From a virus (taxonomy: Duplodnaviria; Caudoviricetes), in the IMG/VR virus record IMGVR_UViG_3300025013_000109, positions 1 through 63,777 of that record: 63,777 bases of DNA. One strand, given 5' to 3'. Within the stretch, counting starts at the first letter, position 1. Every line of letters starts with the position of its first letter. Shown piece by piece: positions 20,737 through 30,787 of this stretch. Position numbers and translations under genes: made by a program. The notes beneath the pieces are model-generated. The model had not been told where the DNA came from and did no database searches. It saw only the letters and a list, made by a program, of their open reading frames with translations.

Positions 20737-21694
20737 GATTGTCCAATTCTAAAATGTTATAAATTAAATGTCTGGAATCACACCATTTCAGCATTCCCTT
20801 GTACGAGGCAACCGATTTGGCATTGTGCCGTTTCTTTATAAAATTCTTTTTAATCCGCTTCCGGATTCGCGTGTGCGTATGCCTGAAAACATAGCCCACA
20901 TAATCAATGCCCCGTTCGTCGACTTCAAAGATCTGCCAGTTTTTCTTCAGCTCCAGTTCAAGGTTATACCACAAATAATTGCGGACGCGCCACAGTGCCT
21001 GGTGCAGGCTTGGTTTATCGGCGGCCAGAAAAACCATATCGTCGGCATAGCGGTAATAATACCTCACTTTCAGTTCTTCCTTGATGTAATGATCGAGCCG
21101 GTTGACGTAGGTATTCGAAAATATCTGCGAAAGCAGGCCGCCAATGCTTAATCCATCGGTGGTATCGAGTACTTCGTCGATAATTGCCAGGAACCATTTG
21201 TCTTTGATGTAACGCCGCAGCTCTTCTTTAATTCGGTTACACGGCACCGAAGGATAAAACTTCCGGATATCTATTTTCAGGCAATATCTGGTTCCCTCCG
21301 GATCGACGTGCAAGTCGTGTTTGAGCCTTTGATTGAGCAAATGTATGCCGCGATGCTTGATGCTGTTGAACGTGTTTGCAATAAATGAGCGGGTAAGCCG
21401 CTCTTCGATCATGTTTAAAATGGCATGATGCGCAATCCGATCGGGAAAATAGGGCATTTTGGTAATCTCCCTCACTTTACCGGCATCGGCCATCATGGTA
21501 AATGTTTTAGGCTTGCTCGATCGGTACCGGTCTTCGGTGAACAGTTTAATCAGTTCCTGAAGGTTTCCCTCCCTGTTTTTGTCGAATTGTATTACTCCGT
21601 ACGTGTCGGCCTTATTTTTACGGGCTTTCCGTTCGGCTTTGTCGAAATTGGCATACGTTAAAAATTCGTCCCTGATATTTCCTTTTCGTTTCAT
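20714..21694 (-). CDS. DGR reverse transcriptase (RT1)
   Basis: FPDRIAHHA, KIDIRKFYPS, GLSIGGLLSQ (DGR-type SQ), RYADD, IDYVGY; no maturase/endonuclease domain; adjacent TR/VR pair. Confidence 0.95.
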   Translation of the reverse strand: MKRKGNIRDEFLTYANFDKAERKARKNKADTYGVIQFDKNREGNLQELIKLFTEDRYRSSKPKTFTMMADAGKVREITKMPYFPDRIAHHAILNMIEERLTRSFIANTFNSIKHRGIHLLNQRLKHDLHVDPEGTRYCLKIDIRKFYPSVPCNRIKEELRRYIKDKWFLAIIDEVLDTTDGLSIGGLLSQIFSNTYVNRLDHYIKEELKVRYYYRYADDMVFLAADKPSLHQALWRVRNYLWYNLELELKKNWQIFEVDERGIDYVGYVFRHTHTRIRKRIKKNFIKKRHNAKSVASYKGMLKWCDSRHLIYNILELDNHAKKRTN

Positions 21695-21817
21695 ACTTTT
21701 TGTTTCGCTGGTGCATCCGTGCTGCCACCACGCCAGGTTTCAGTTTCCCTACTAACAGGCTTTTGTTTTTGTCGTGTTCCGGCATCCTGCCGGGGCTCTC
21801 ATTCCTTTAATTCCTTG

Positions 21818-21932
21818 GCACGTTAGCTGCTGCCGATGTTCACGTTCGAATTCGAAGGACCGTTGTTCGCATTCGCCGACCCGAGGGCGCAATTGCTACC
21901 GTTATTCAAGTTCGCCCCGAAAAGCACACCGC
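21818..21932 (-). repeat. DGR1 template repeat (TR1)
   Basis: 115 bp ungapped match to 22166..22280; 19 mismatches, all at TR adenines on the - strand; AAC/AAT-rich. Confidence 0.95.
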
Positions 21933-22115
21933 AGAGAATGAGCCGCCCAGCCCCACCCCTACCCTCCCCGCACTTCGACAAGCTCAGTGACCAGGAGGGA
22001 GGAAGAAAGGCTTCGTTTATCTTCATTTTAAAATTCAATTTCATTCAATTCACTTTTTTCAAGTTTTTCGCTTTGCCAGGACTTTCAATTTTGAGGAGCC
22101 CGGCTGCGGTTTCGG

Positions 22116-22133
22116 CCTCGCTGAAACGCGAGG
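22116..22133. promoter_or_regulatory. GC hairpin just downstream of VR1 (candidate DGR target-recognition stem-loop)
   Basis: cctcgc-tgaaac-gcgagg, 16 nt past the target stop codon. Confidence 0.55.
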
Positions 22134-22149
22134 ATTTTTCGACCCCGAT

Positions 22150-23445
22150 TTATCCGGACACGTTAGCACGGAAGCCGCCGCCGATGGACACGTTCGAACT
22201 CGAAGGACCGTAGAACGCACCCGCCGACCCGAGGGCGCAAGCGCTACCGTAAAGCAAGGACGCCCCGAAAAGCACACCGCGTCGCACAGTTCCAGAAGCT
22301 GGTAGGTTGGCGTTCCAATTGTAGGCGCAGCCATAGGTTGTTTCTCCAACTCCTGTATTTACATTTCCATAGAGTGTTCCCGGAAAAATTGTTTTTGCCC
22401 ATCCATCAGTTCGCGGAAGTTCTCCAATCAGTGTGTAAGCATTTTTAAATGCAAAACTGGCATCGCTGTGGTTAGCATCCAGAAGCGCATTGTTATAACA
22501 CACATAAAGAAATGTTTTGCCACCATCGGCAACTGATTGCATTTCGATATCGATTCCAGATATCCATGCCCATAAATTTCCCCACAATAAATTTTTACCC
22601 CGGTAAACCGGTACTTGTGTATTGTATGCCGGACTTGTAAATACGCGGGTGTATATGCCCGTCATGTAACCTTTGGTGTTTATTCCGGAAGTATTGGAAA
22701 GAGCTAACTGCGCTTCGAACATTTTAATTACCGGATAGTAACCGTTGTAGGTATTCCAGTCGGCGCTTGACCAGTTCGATGCTCCCGGTCCATTGGCCAC
22801 CTTTAAATTTTTAGTGCGGTATTCGATATACATCATACAAGCCAGGTACAGGCGGTCGAGATAAGTAAGCGCCAGCCAACTTGCACCCTTGGCTGCTGCT
22901 GCCGTTTCGTAGCCATAGCGCGAAATACTTGTGCGCGGATAGCCTAGACCCCCGGCTGTATTACCCGATCCGGAACCTGCAAAGTTTGCAGTTTCGTTGC
23001 GTATCGAGCGCGATTTGCCTGTAGTGCGGTCGATGGTACAATAATCGGGGCTATCGACAAAGCGTGGCATTTCAATAGCCACGTCGGCGCCATAAGTAAA
23101 TGGCTGTGCACATACAATCCAGCGTTCGTAAACCGGATCGGTGCCACCCAGTATCATCCAGCAGGCGGGGTTATCGATCATCACATCCAGCCCGTCGGAT
23201 CCGTCGAGAACCGAAGCTGATTCATCGGCGTTTTTGGTCCAGTCGGTAGGTTTCAGGTAATTCACAATCTGGCGGCTTTCGTTTACCTTACACGCCCTGA
23301 TCTGGTTGTGAAGTGGTAAACTGGCGTGTAAATCGGCATCGCCAATGAGGTATGGGAACGAGGGGTCGGAAACACTACGGAGCCGTTCGACCCCGTAGAT
23401 GCCTTGTCCCGCTTTCTTTTTTGCCAATATAGGGATGAGATCCAT
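22150..23445 (-). CDS. DGR1 target protein (C-type-lectin/FGE-like C-terminus), likely receptor-binding/tail protein
   Basis: NLLWGNLWAW motif and terminal VR ending GFR; start reassigned to ATG 23445, which overlaps the upstream stop (TAATG). Confidence 0.85.
   Translation of the reverse strand: MDLIPILAKKKAGQGIYGVERLRSVSDPSFPYLIGDADLHASLPLHNQIRACKVNESRQIVNYLKPTDWTKNADESASVLDGSDGLDVMIDNPACWMILGGTDPVYERWIVCAQPFTYGADVAIEMPRFVDSPDYCTIDRTTGKSRSIRNETANFAGSGSGNTAGGLGYPRTSISRYGYETAAAAKGASWLALTYLDRLYLACMMYIEYRTKNLKVANGPGASNWSSADWNTYNGYYPVIKMFEAQLALSNTSGINTKGYMTGIYTRVFTSPAYNTQVPVYRGKNLLWGNLWAWISGIDIEMQSVADGGKTFLYVCYNNALLDANHSDASFAFKNAYTLIGELPRTDGWAKTIFPGTLYGNVNTGVGETTYGCAYNWNANLPASGTVRRGVLFGASLLYGSACALGSAGAFYGPSSSNVSIGGGFRANVSG
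22166..22280 (-). repeat. DGR1 variable repeat (VR1)
   Basis: Encodes C-terminal RGVLFGASLLYGSACALGSAGAFYGPSSSNVSIGGGFRA of the target. Confidence 0.95.
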
Positions 23446-24344
23446 TACAGTTGGGTTAGGGTAAAAGTGAAATCGATGAACCCGCCCGAAGTTGGGGTGA
23501 ACGCTGTGAGGGTTTGAACCCGCAATTTCAGGTCTTTGCTGGCTGCATCGCACACATAGTTCCACACCGGCGAATTCTGTCCGAGAACTGAGGAACTACC
23601 GGCCAACAGCGAATTAAATTTCACGTCAATATAATGACGGCCATTGGTAATGTTTGCCGTGCTATTGGTCATGGCTACATTATCGCCAACAATTCCGGTT
23701 GGCTCGGTGCGGTAAAACCACAGCCTTAGCGTTGCATCGGCCAGGTTAAGCATATCGCTGGCTGCATCAATCTGCATCAGGTATCCACCACGCCCATTGG
23801 CTAAAGCCATATCGGGCAGATTAAGTGATACCGGGGCTCCAACGCTCGAATTGATTGCATCGTTGGCCGCATATTGAACGGTATCTGACGGACGTGTAAG
23901 CCTTACTTCGACAAACGCGGCCTTTGAGCTTGGCAGTGGCGCAGCGCGAAGCTGTGTGTCGGTTAAAGGGCCTGAGACTGGAACTGCGGAAGCACGAAGT
24001 TGGGTGTCGGTGACAGGTCCTGAGACTGGTAATGCGGTTGCACGAAGCTGGGCGTCGGTTAATGCACCGGTTACCGTAATGGCAGCTCCCGGATCTGCCC
24101 CGGGATCGAAAAAAGTAGCGGTAGCTGCATCAAGTTCAGCAAAATTGGCATAAGGAGAGCCATCGGCCTTTAAAAACTCACCAACCAATTTATTGGCAAT
24201 AAACTGTTTTCCATTTCCAGTCAGATAGATGTCAATCCTGGTGCGGTCGGCTGAAGGATCGATGCGAAATTTTCCGGACTGACAAGCACTGTCTGTGGTT
24301 CTGCCAAAGATGAACTTGCCGGATGTTTTTTCGAATATGTACAT
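23445..24344 (-). CDS. Putative virion protein with three 17-aa repeats
   Basis: V(T/S)G(A/P)(L/V)TD(A/T)QLRA repeated three times; first gene after a late-promoter motif. Confidence 0.65.
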   Translation of the reverse strand: MYIFEKTSGKFIFGRTTDSACQSGKFRIDPSADRTRIDIYLTGNGKQFIANKLVGEFLKADGSPYANFAELDAATATFFDPGADPGAAITVTGALTDAQLRATALPVSGPVTDTQLRASAVPVSGPLTDTQLRAAPLPSSKAAFVEVRLTRPSDTVQYAANDAINSSVGAPVSLNLPDMALANGRGGYLMQIDAASDMLNLADATLRLWFYRTEPTGIVGDNVAMTNSTANITNGRHYIDVKFNSLLAGSSSVLGQNSPVWNYVCDAASKDLKLRVQTLTAFTPTSGGFIDFTFTLTQL

Positions 24345-24713
24345 GATAAACTGTTTTAAGTGATTACTTCACGAATATATAACGTGGGCACATGCTGGCA
24401 AAGGACAAAAAAACAGCTTGTAATTTTTGAAAAGTAGTATGGTAATACTTAATTCGGAATTGACCTGCTCACTGCTCATGCTTAAAAATCGGGTTATGTC
24501 GTTTTTACTATTGGCATAAAAGACCCCGATAGCAGGTTGCCAAACCACACATTCAGTATCAGAACATCTAACGCTGAAATTGCTACCGGGGAAAACCTTC
24601 CCTTCAGCAATGTTCTGATATATGATATATGTGTGTGTTTGGCGCTGTAAATATAGAGATAAATGTGAAAAAGAAAACCGGCATTAATAAACTCTGATAT
24701 ATAGATTTTAATC

Positions 24714-25002
24714 TTACACTTTCACTTTATCGATCAGTTCCCAAATCAGATCGAGCTGCATGAATGAATAATGATCCTGAATACCGGCAATTTCAATTTT
24801 TGATTCTATATGTTTGCCATAATCCCAAATCAATTGATTTTTATTGAGTAACAAAATCGCCACCATGAATGTGGCAAGCAGCACGGCACGATCCGGCGCT
24901 CTCGTACTGGTTTTCGGGTTTGGTGATGGAGAACCAAAATTGTGCAGTAATACTCCTGTTTACATTGGCAGCACATACGAATAAAATGTTTTTATCATCC
25001 AT
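24714..25002 (-). pseudogene. Disrupted low-molecular-weight protein tyrosine phosphatase-like gene
   Basis: MDDKNILFVCAANVNRSITAQ (CX5R P-loop); TAA at 24841-24843; the C-terminal part (IQDHYSFMQLDLI) continues in another frame. Confidence 0.7.
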
Positions 25003-25023
25003 TGTTTTTGCGGTTTTACTGAA

Positions 25024-25548
25024 TTAGTATCCTCGTCCCCTAGCCTTATCGTAAGCTTTTGCTGTTGGATTTGTATTCGATCCGGCTGATTGCGAACTTT
25101 TATTTTCCCGTTGTTGTGCACTTTTAGATGAAATTATTTTCTCCCCTTCAGCATCGAACGATTCCAGGTTGATCATGATTACCTGTGATGCTTTCATGGC
25201 ATATTTTTCGGCGAGTAATTCACGAAGGACCTGCAACTGATGATAGAATGTTTTGCTGTACCAGGGCTTTGCATGTCGGCCATTCATTCCGGCAGCAACC
25301 AGTTCGGTTGCTTCTGATTTGGATACCCCATTTCCCACGCCCATATCAACAAACTTGCCGTAATACAAAAATGCAAACTCAATACGCTCCGGATCACCGT
25401 TGGCATTGGTAATGACATGGTGTGCAAAGCTGTTGTATAAAGCATGGCTGTAATTGATATTCAGACGAATGATCTTTTCGAGCCAGGTCTTAATTACAAT
25501 CTCTGCCCATGCTTCGATGGTGAGTGATAGGTTGATGTTATCGGACAT
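25024..25548 (-). CDS. Putative neck/tail-completion protein
   Basis: FAFLYYGKFVDMGVG..KPWYSK motif; position after head-tail genes. Confidence 0.6.
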   Translation of the reverse strand: MSDNINLSLTIEAWAEIVIKTWLEKIIRLNINYSHALYNSFAHHVITNANGDPERIEFAFLYYGKFVDMGVGNGVSKSEATELVAAGMNGRHAKPWYSKTFYHQLQVLRELLAEKYAMKASQVIMINLESFDAEGEKIISSKSAQQRENKSSQSAGSNTNPTAKAYDKARGRGY

Positions 25549-25648
25549 CGTGAAAAAGTTTGCCTTCGACTGCTTCGCGCTCAGGCAACGTAGCTTTGAA
25601 CAATGCGCCGCCCACTGAGCAGCGAAGCGTGTCGAAGTGGGTTGTTAA

Positions 25649-26152
25649 TTAGCTCCAATCGTTTGTATTGTATACTAACCGAGAATCTCCATCGGTTACG
25701 GTGAACGAAAACATGACTCCGTGAAAGTTTACACCAACAGGTCCCACGTTTTGATAAGGAACGCTGGTAAAGTCGAGAAAATCGAGTCCGTTTAATCCTA
25801 ACCTTTTTTCACGGATCATTCGGGAAAGGATTTTAAATCCGTCGGTTTTACAATTCTGTTTGGCCAGTTCTTCAGAATCAAAATCGTTGTAATTCTCAAC
25901 CTTTTCGAGCACATAAAAAACGTAATAAGGCGAATCCAAAAAATTGTCGGAATGTACCATATCTCCCACAGATCCTTCCTCATTGTTATGAATAACCAAT
26001 ACGCGGCCAGTGATATCGGTCTGTTGATTAAGCAACTCTTCCAATCCGGCAATTCCGGAGCAGCGAAAAAAACGATGCACATAATCGGTGTGGCCAATGG
26101 TTTTTAACCGGGTGGCACAGTCGAGCATGTATGTTTTGAAGTTGAAAGCCAT
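25649..26152 (-). CDS. Putative tail terminator-like structural protein
   Basis: Structural operon position; likely start MAFNFK at 26152. Confidence 0.55.
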   Translation of the reverse strand: MAFNFKTYMLDCATRLKTIGHTDYVHRFFRCSGIAGLEELLNQQTDITGRVLVIHNNEEGSVGDMVHSDNFLDSPYYVFYVLEKVENYNDFDSEELAKQNCKTDGFKILSRMIREKRLGLNGLDFLDFTSVPYQNVGPVGVNFHGVMFSFTVTDGDSRLVYNTNDWS

Positions 26153-26243
26153 GATATTGAGTTTTGCCTTCCCCTTCGACACGCTACGCTGCTCAGGGAG
26201 TAGCGCTGGCTGAGCAGCGTAGCGTATCGAAGCCAGAAGTGGG

Positions 26244-27071
26244 TTATTTTTTCACTGGTTTTTGTTTTTCGATCATTCGTTCGAGCAGGTCTAAAACATC
26301 CCATCCCGGTGAGTTGAAAATCTGTTCGTTTTTAGTGACGTCGCCCTGATTAAGATCTGATACCAATTGGATAAAACCTTTTACCGGACTTGCCGGGGCT
26401 TCGGATGAAACGCCTGAAGGCTTAAACACCTGCGGATGAGCTTCGACCATGGCATTGCGGCAACCGGCATAGAAGGTATAAATGGCATAACGTTTATTCA
26501 TTGAAAGCAAACGGAATCGGTTTGCACGGCGCGGATAGACAAAATCATTAAACGGCTGACGACGATCTCCGTTATAATCGGGCCTCATGGGGTGATAATG
26601 CGGTTGCTGCGGACGATACAAAACTGCACAAAGCATATTCAGGTAAAAAACTTTGCGCTGTGATTTGGCGTTATTATATGCAAAAAACTGGCCTTCGGCA
26701 TGAATGAATTCTTTCCACGAAATATTACGGCATTCTTTACATGGACCCCAGTAACGACGAATGCCAATACGGAATGACGGAAACAGATTGACGGTTAACC
26801 TGCAATTTTCGGTCAGGTAATTGACAAATTGAAGAAACCAGGTTAATTCCATGTCGGTTAACCAAAATACTTCTTTTCGTTTTTTGAATGCCCAGTACAC
26901 CTGATCCTTTTCGATTTTCTGAGGTAGCGCCTTAATTCCCGTAAGGTTCAGAAATGCCTTGAGCCGAAAAGTATTTTGGTCGAATCCGTTCCGGAACAGT
27001 TGGCAGATATACAACAACTGTTTACGGGTGAGTTCGTTCCATTTGGGCAGGTGAAGGTTTATTTCGTTCAT
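26244..27071 (-). CDS. Phage structural-module hypothetical protein
   Basis: 275 aa, 4-bp overlap with upstream gene; LCAVLYRP motif. Confidence 0.65.
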   Translation of the reverse strand: MNEINLHLPKWNELTRKQLLYICQLFRNGFDQNTFRLKAFLNLTGIKALPQKIEKDQVYWAFKKRKEVFWLTDMELTWFLQFVNYLTENCRLTVNLFPSFRIGIRRYWGPCKECRNISWKEFIHAEGQFFAYNNAKSQRKVFYLNMLCAVLYRPQQPHYHPMRPDYNGDRRQPFNDFVYPRRANRFRLLSMNKRYAIYTFYAGCRNAMVEAHPQVFKPSGVSSEAPASPVKGFIQLVSDLNQGDVTKNEQIFNSPGWDVLDLLERMIEKQKPVKK

Positions 27072-27970
27072 CCGGTTATTCCTCCAATAAAAAAGCCGTA
27101 AGCATCGCCATCGTCATCGGTAGCAGTGGCATTGTCAAAAGGGGCTTCGTAGGCGTTGTCGGCATAGGTTGTATAGGTATCGAGGTTATTTCGCAAATAC
27201 GAGAGCGCAACACTTAATGCGGTAAGATATTTATTGAGCAAAAACGAATGATCGCCCACCGGGTCTACTGATGCCTGAAAATGAATTTCTGCTTTTAGTG
27301 CCAATGCCTGCTGAATAAGCGGTTTAACAGCGATATCGTTTCCGTCACGTAATTCGGTCAGAAATTCGGCGCTGAATACGTTGGTAAACGTGGTTAGTTC
27401 CTCGAAGTTAATGTGCCTTTTTAGATCGACAAAGCGGCGACGACTGCAGCTGATATCAATGAACTGATCGAACACTGAAGCTGAAGGAATCAAACTTCCG
27501 GTATTGATGCAGGATTTGTTCCAGGAGCTATAAGTTGCCACATTTTGTTCGAGGTAATACAACAGCCGGTCTAAGCCATCGTTGGCAGCCTGGAGGCAGG
27601 AATCTTTCAGATCTCGGACGCGCTCCATGCTGGCAGGCGCCTGATTGGGATTACTGACGATGCCAAAACCTGATCCGGTGGCCACCAGGTTAAACTGCGG
27701 AATGCTTTCGAGAATGGTTAGGTTGGCCAGTACTGGTTTGAGCTTCAAGAGCAGCGATTCATAAATTTCAGATTCAGGATAGATAACCACGTCTGACCCA
27801 CCGTCCGAAACAAGGAGCAATCCTTCGTATAGTTGTTCAACCACTTCTTCGCCCAGGTATTTCGGCAGGTATTTAAAGAATGCCCGGATCTCGAATGGTT
27901 CGTATTTTGAGCCGTCGGTTATTGAATTTAGCGGCAAATATTCCTTGATGTTGTCGATGGTAAGTATCAT
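27068..27970 (-). CDS. Putative head-tail adaptor
   Basis: 300 aa directly after portal; GFGIVSNPNQAPASMERV motif. Confidence 0.6.
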   Translation of the reverse strand: MILTIDNIKEYLPLNSITDGSKYEPFEIRAFFKYLPKYLGEEVVEQLYEGLLLVSDGGSDVVIYPESEIYESLLLKLKPVLANLTILESIPQFNLVATGSGFGIVSNPNQAPASMERVRDLKDSCLQAANDGLDRLLYYLEQNVATYSSWNKSCINTGSLIPSASVFDQFIDISCSRRRFVDLKRHINFEELTTFTNVFSAEFLTELRDGNDIAVKPLIQQALALKAEIHFQASVDPVGDHSFLLNKYLTALSVALSYLRNNLDTYTTYADNAYEAPFDNATATDDDGDAYGFFIGGITG

Positions 27971-29373
27971 TTTGTTGGGTCGTTTACTTTAGTTACACTT
28001 CCGGTTTTATTGTTGTCGAGCGTGGTAAGCTCCAGGTTGGGGATTACAAAATGAAGATCGGCAGGCCACTTGTTAATTGATTTGATCAGGTAAAGCGGGC
28101 GAAGTATCCGGTCGCGGAATGGTTTCATGAGCGCCTGCTTAATGATGAACAGTTCGCGGGCTTCTGTTCCGTTAATGGTTTTATTTTTACCAGGCGATGG
28201 ACCTACCAGCGATGGTTGCGTTAGCATTCCGTAGGCAATCAGGTTCGATATTTCTTCCGAGTCTTCGATGTAGGCGCCATCTTTTATTTCATTTTTCACA
28301 ACCTCAATTTTGATCATGGGGTATGGCTGTCCCTGCGGGTCTTTTTTCTGGAAGGTGATAATCGATTTTCCGCTGTTCTCATTGCCCTTTATGAAATCAT
28401 TGATGTCTTTATATTCTTTTTTGATCCGGGCCTTTTGTTCTTTATCGGCGGTAATGCTCTCGCGACGGAATATTTCTTTGAAATAGTCCGGATCGAGCAG
28501 GATGATGTAATTGATCAATGCCTGATTTTTCATGATGGCATCCTTAAACGGGATAATCTTCATGGCAAAATCGTATAGGCCACCGGCAAAAATCGCATAC
28601 CAGTAGGGCTTCTGATAATAGTTGCGACCTGGTGAAGGGAAGTTTACCGGAACGATAAACCGGTTACGACGGGCTTTCACCGCTTTTTTTTCATCTTCCT
28701 TCATAAGTTCACGCAAATGGCGCAACGGGCTGTAATTATCGAGCACGTTGGTTGCAGTGCAGGGATATTCGTCGCCGGGCGTCTTCTCGCCCCAATAGGC
28801 AAAATAATAATGCCATTCAATCCGTCCGTTTTCTTTGTTCATTTCGCTCCAGCGCGAGAAACAAGCTTCTTTACTCCTAATCTCCACGATCTTTCTTTTT
28901 TCGCCATCCTCTGCATTGAAAATAATTTCGGGGAAACAATTGAAAAACCAATGCATGTCGCTCATTTGTTCGAGCAGGTATAATTGCATGTCGTTTTCTT
29001 CGAAAAAGCGATCAACCTCTGCATTCCCGATATAGGATTCAATCTTTTTTGTTTCGCCTTCACCTATAATTTTTACGGGTTTAATGCCGTCGCCGTAACT
29101 GAGCAATACGTTAAACCACAGATTGGCATTCATCTGTGCCAAAGTTCCGGCCTTCTCTATGATTTGTTTAGGCAAATCGTTGGTTGTTCCCCAGGGGACC
29201 ATTTTAGGCATATTATCTTTTTCGCGACCTTTTACCGCAATTTGGGAAGGATCCCGGTCGGGAGTTGAGAACATATTGGAAGAGTCGGATGTTTGCAAAA
29301 AAACGGCAGATGTACCCGTTGCATAAGCAGTGGTTCCGTCGTAATGCATGATTATTTCTTCCTTGTTTTTCAT
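27967..29373 (-). CDS. Portal protein
   Basis: 468 aa; VPWGTTNDLP, YYQKPYW, G.ENSGKS, GTEARELF patterns; position in head module. Confidence 0.75.
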   Translation of the reverse strand: MKNKEEIIMHYDGTTAYATGTSAVFLQTSDSSNMFSTPDRDPSQIAVKGREKDNMPKMVPWGTTNDLPKQIIEKAGTLAQMNANLWFNVLLSYGDGIKPVKIIGEGETKKIESYIGNAEVDRFFEENDMQLYLLEQMSDMHWFFNCFPEIIFNAEDGEKRKIVEIRSKEACFSRWSEMNKENGRIEWHYYFAYWGEKTPGDEYPCTATNVLDNYSPLRHLRELMKEDEKKAVKARRNRFIVPVNFPSPGRNYYQKPYWYAIFAGGLYDFAMKIIPFKDAIMKNQALINYIILLDPDYFKEIFRRESITADKEQKARIKKEYKDINDFIKGNENSGKSIITFQKKDPQGQPYPMIKIEVVKNEIKDGAYIEDSEEISNLIAYGMLTQPSLVGPSPGKNKTINGTEARELFIIKQALMKPFRDRILRPLYLIKSINKWPADLHFVIPNLELTTLDNNKTGSVTKVNDPTK

Positions 29374-29615
29374 ATCATTACCTCCATACCATTAACATTA
29401 AAAAGCAACTGGGCGTGGACGGTGCGAACCTCGCCACTTTCGGGATATTTAAAATTGAACGTATCGTTTTTGAAATTTGACGATGTGCAGACGACCCGTG
29501 CATTGACTACGGTGCCGTCTTTTTCGCCGTAAACTACATCGAAGGGTTTACGCTCGACAGACCGGTCGAATGGATCGAGCAGGTGACGAAGTGCTTTCAG
29601 GAAAATTTGTTTCAT
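29370..29615 (-). CDS. Small protein preceding portal
   Basis: 81 aa, 4-bp overlap with portal, after a late-promoter motif. Confidence 0.65.
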   Translation of the reverse strand: MKQIFLKALRHLLDPFDRSVERKPFDVVYGEKDGTVVNARVVCTSSNFKNDTFNFKYPESGEVRTVHAQLLFNVNGMEVMI

Positions 29616-29773
29616 AGTAAAAAGTTAGAAGCCTCACCCCGACCCTCTCCGAAGGAGAGGGAGGAAAAATGGCTTCGATTGTTTATGATTCAAATATCAG
29701 AGATGCTTTATTTTAACAAAAGGACAATAAATAGATTGCTTCGTACCTCGCAATGACGACGAACAGTGCGATT

Positions 29774-30706
29774 TTAAGCTCTACCCCGTGGGGAGGGTTT
29801 GGGTGGGGCTGTGAGATATCCATTATAGTAATCTGAAATGTATTCCTGAAGGGCGGTTTTCCATGGGCGCATGTGATTCACTGCACGTAAATCGAGTTTA
29901 CGGGTTGATAAGCGTTCGGAGGCAGGGCGATCGGCAAAATAGGTTTGCTTAAAGTAGTCGGATGTTACCGGGGTAATTTTTACCTGATCGTGCAGCCCGG
30001 TTATTCTAAGCAGTTCCTGGGCCACTTCAAAGCGGCTGGTTTGGCCTCCGCACACACAATTATACAGGCCCCAGTATTCTTTTTCGAGCAATGCCCTTAC
30101 CGTCCTGGCAAAATCGTGCGTATAGGTTGGCGTGCCATCTTTATCGTTCACCACAAAAAGTTCTTTTTTGCCGTCCTTTAATTGATGCATTAGTTTTTGA
30201 ATGAATTTTTTATCTTTTTGCGGACCGGCGCCCATCATCCATCCGGCACGGCATACCAGGTAACGGGTTGCATTTTCGACCACAAAACGTTCGCCCATAT
30301 ATTTCGAGCGGGCATAAACCCCCAAAGGGTTCGGTGTGTCCCAGTCGTCGTACAATGCTTTTTGGCCATCAAATATTCCGGCAGTACTGATATACAGAAT
30401 TGGAATGTTTAATTGGTTGGCCAGGTAAACGGCATTTTCGACGCCCAATGTATTGGTGAGGTATGTTTCATCCGGATTGTGTTCACAGAATTCGAGATCG
30501 GTATATGCTCCCAAGTGAAAAAGATAATCGGCATTGAAATTGAAAACATCTTCACGATAGGCATTGAAATCGCGGAAATCGAGAAATGAAAGCCAATCGT
30601 CGTTCACATCTTTATCGGTACATTTCAGTATATAATCGGCGCTGAACTGTTTATAAAAGGCTTCGCCGAGCATTCCGCCACAACCGGCGATGTAGATTTT
30701 TTTCAT
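29774..30706 (-). CDS. rmlD: dTDP-4-dehydrorhamnose reductase-like SDR
   Basis: GCGGMLG, AYTDLE, YIST, YARSK, GTPTYT motifs. Confidence 0.8.
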   Translation of the reverse strand: MKKIYIAGCGGMLGEAFYKQFSADYILKCTDKDVNDDWLSFLDFRDFNAYREDVFNFNADYLFHLGAYTDLEFCEHNPDETYLTNTLGVENAVYLANQLNIPILYISTAGIFDGQKALYDDWDTPNPLGVYARSKYMGERFVVENATRYLVCRAGWMMGAGPQKDKKFIQKLMHQLKDGKKELFVVNDKDGTPTYTHDFARTVRALLEKEYWGLYNCVCGGQTSRFEVAQELLRITGLHDQVKITPVTSDYFKQTYFADRPASERLSTRKLDLRAVNHMRPWKTALQEYISDYYNGYLTAPPKPSPRGRA

Positions 30707-30787
30707 CTTAAACTATTTACAATTTAACTATTTACAATTTACTATTGAACCCCAATTGCGCTGATCAAGGCGCAAATAGTAAATTGT

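Noticed and set aside
20714-21694. RTs as group II intron, retron or Abi RT
   Set aside because: No maturase/endonuclease domain or msr-msd evidence; SQ motif and adenine-specific TR/VR pairs indicate DGR.
21823-22044. 73-aa ORF over TR1
   Set aside because: It is the Asn-rich translation of the template repeat plus REP-derived sequence; better explained as non-coding TR.
23446-23565. N-terminal 40 aa of the 471-aa ORF
   Set aside because: Overlaps the upstream gene out of frame; ATG at 23445 gives normal stop-start coupling.
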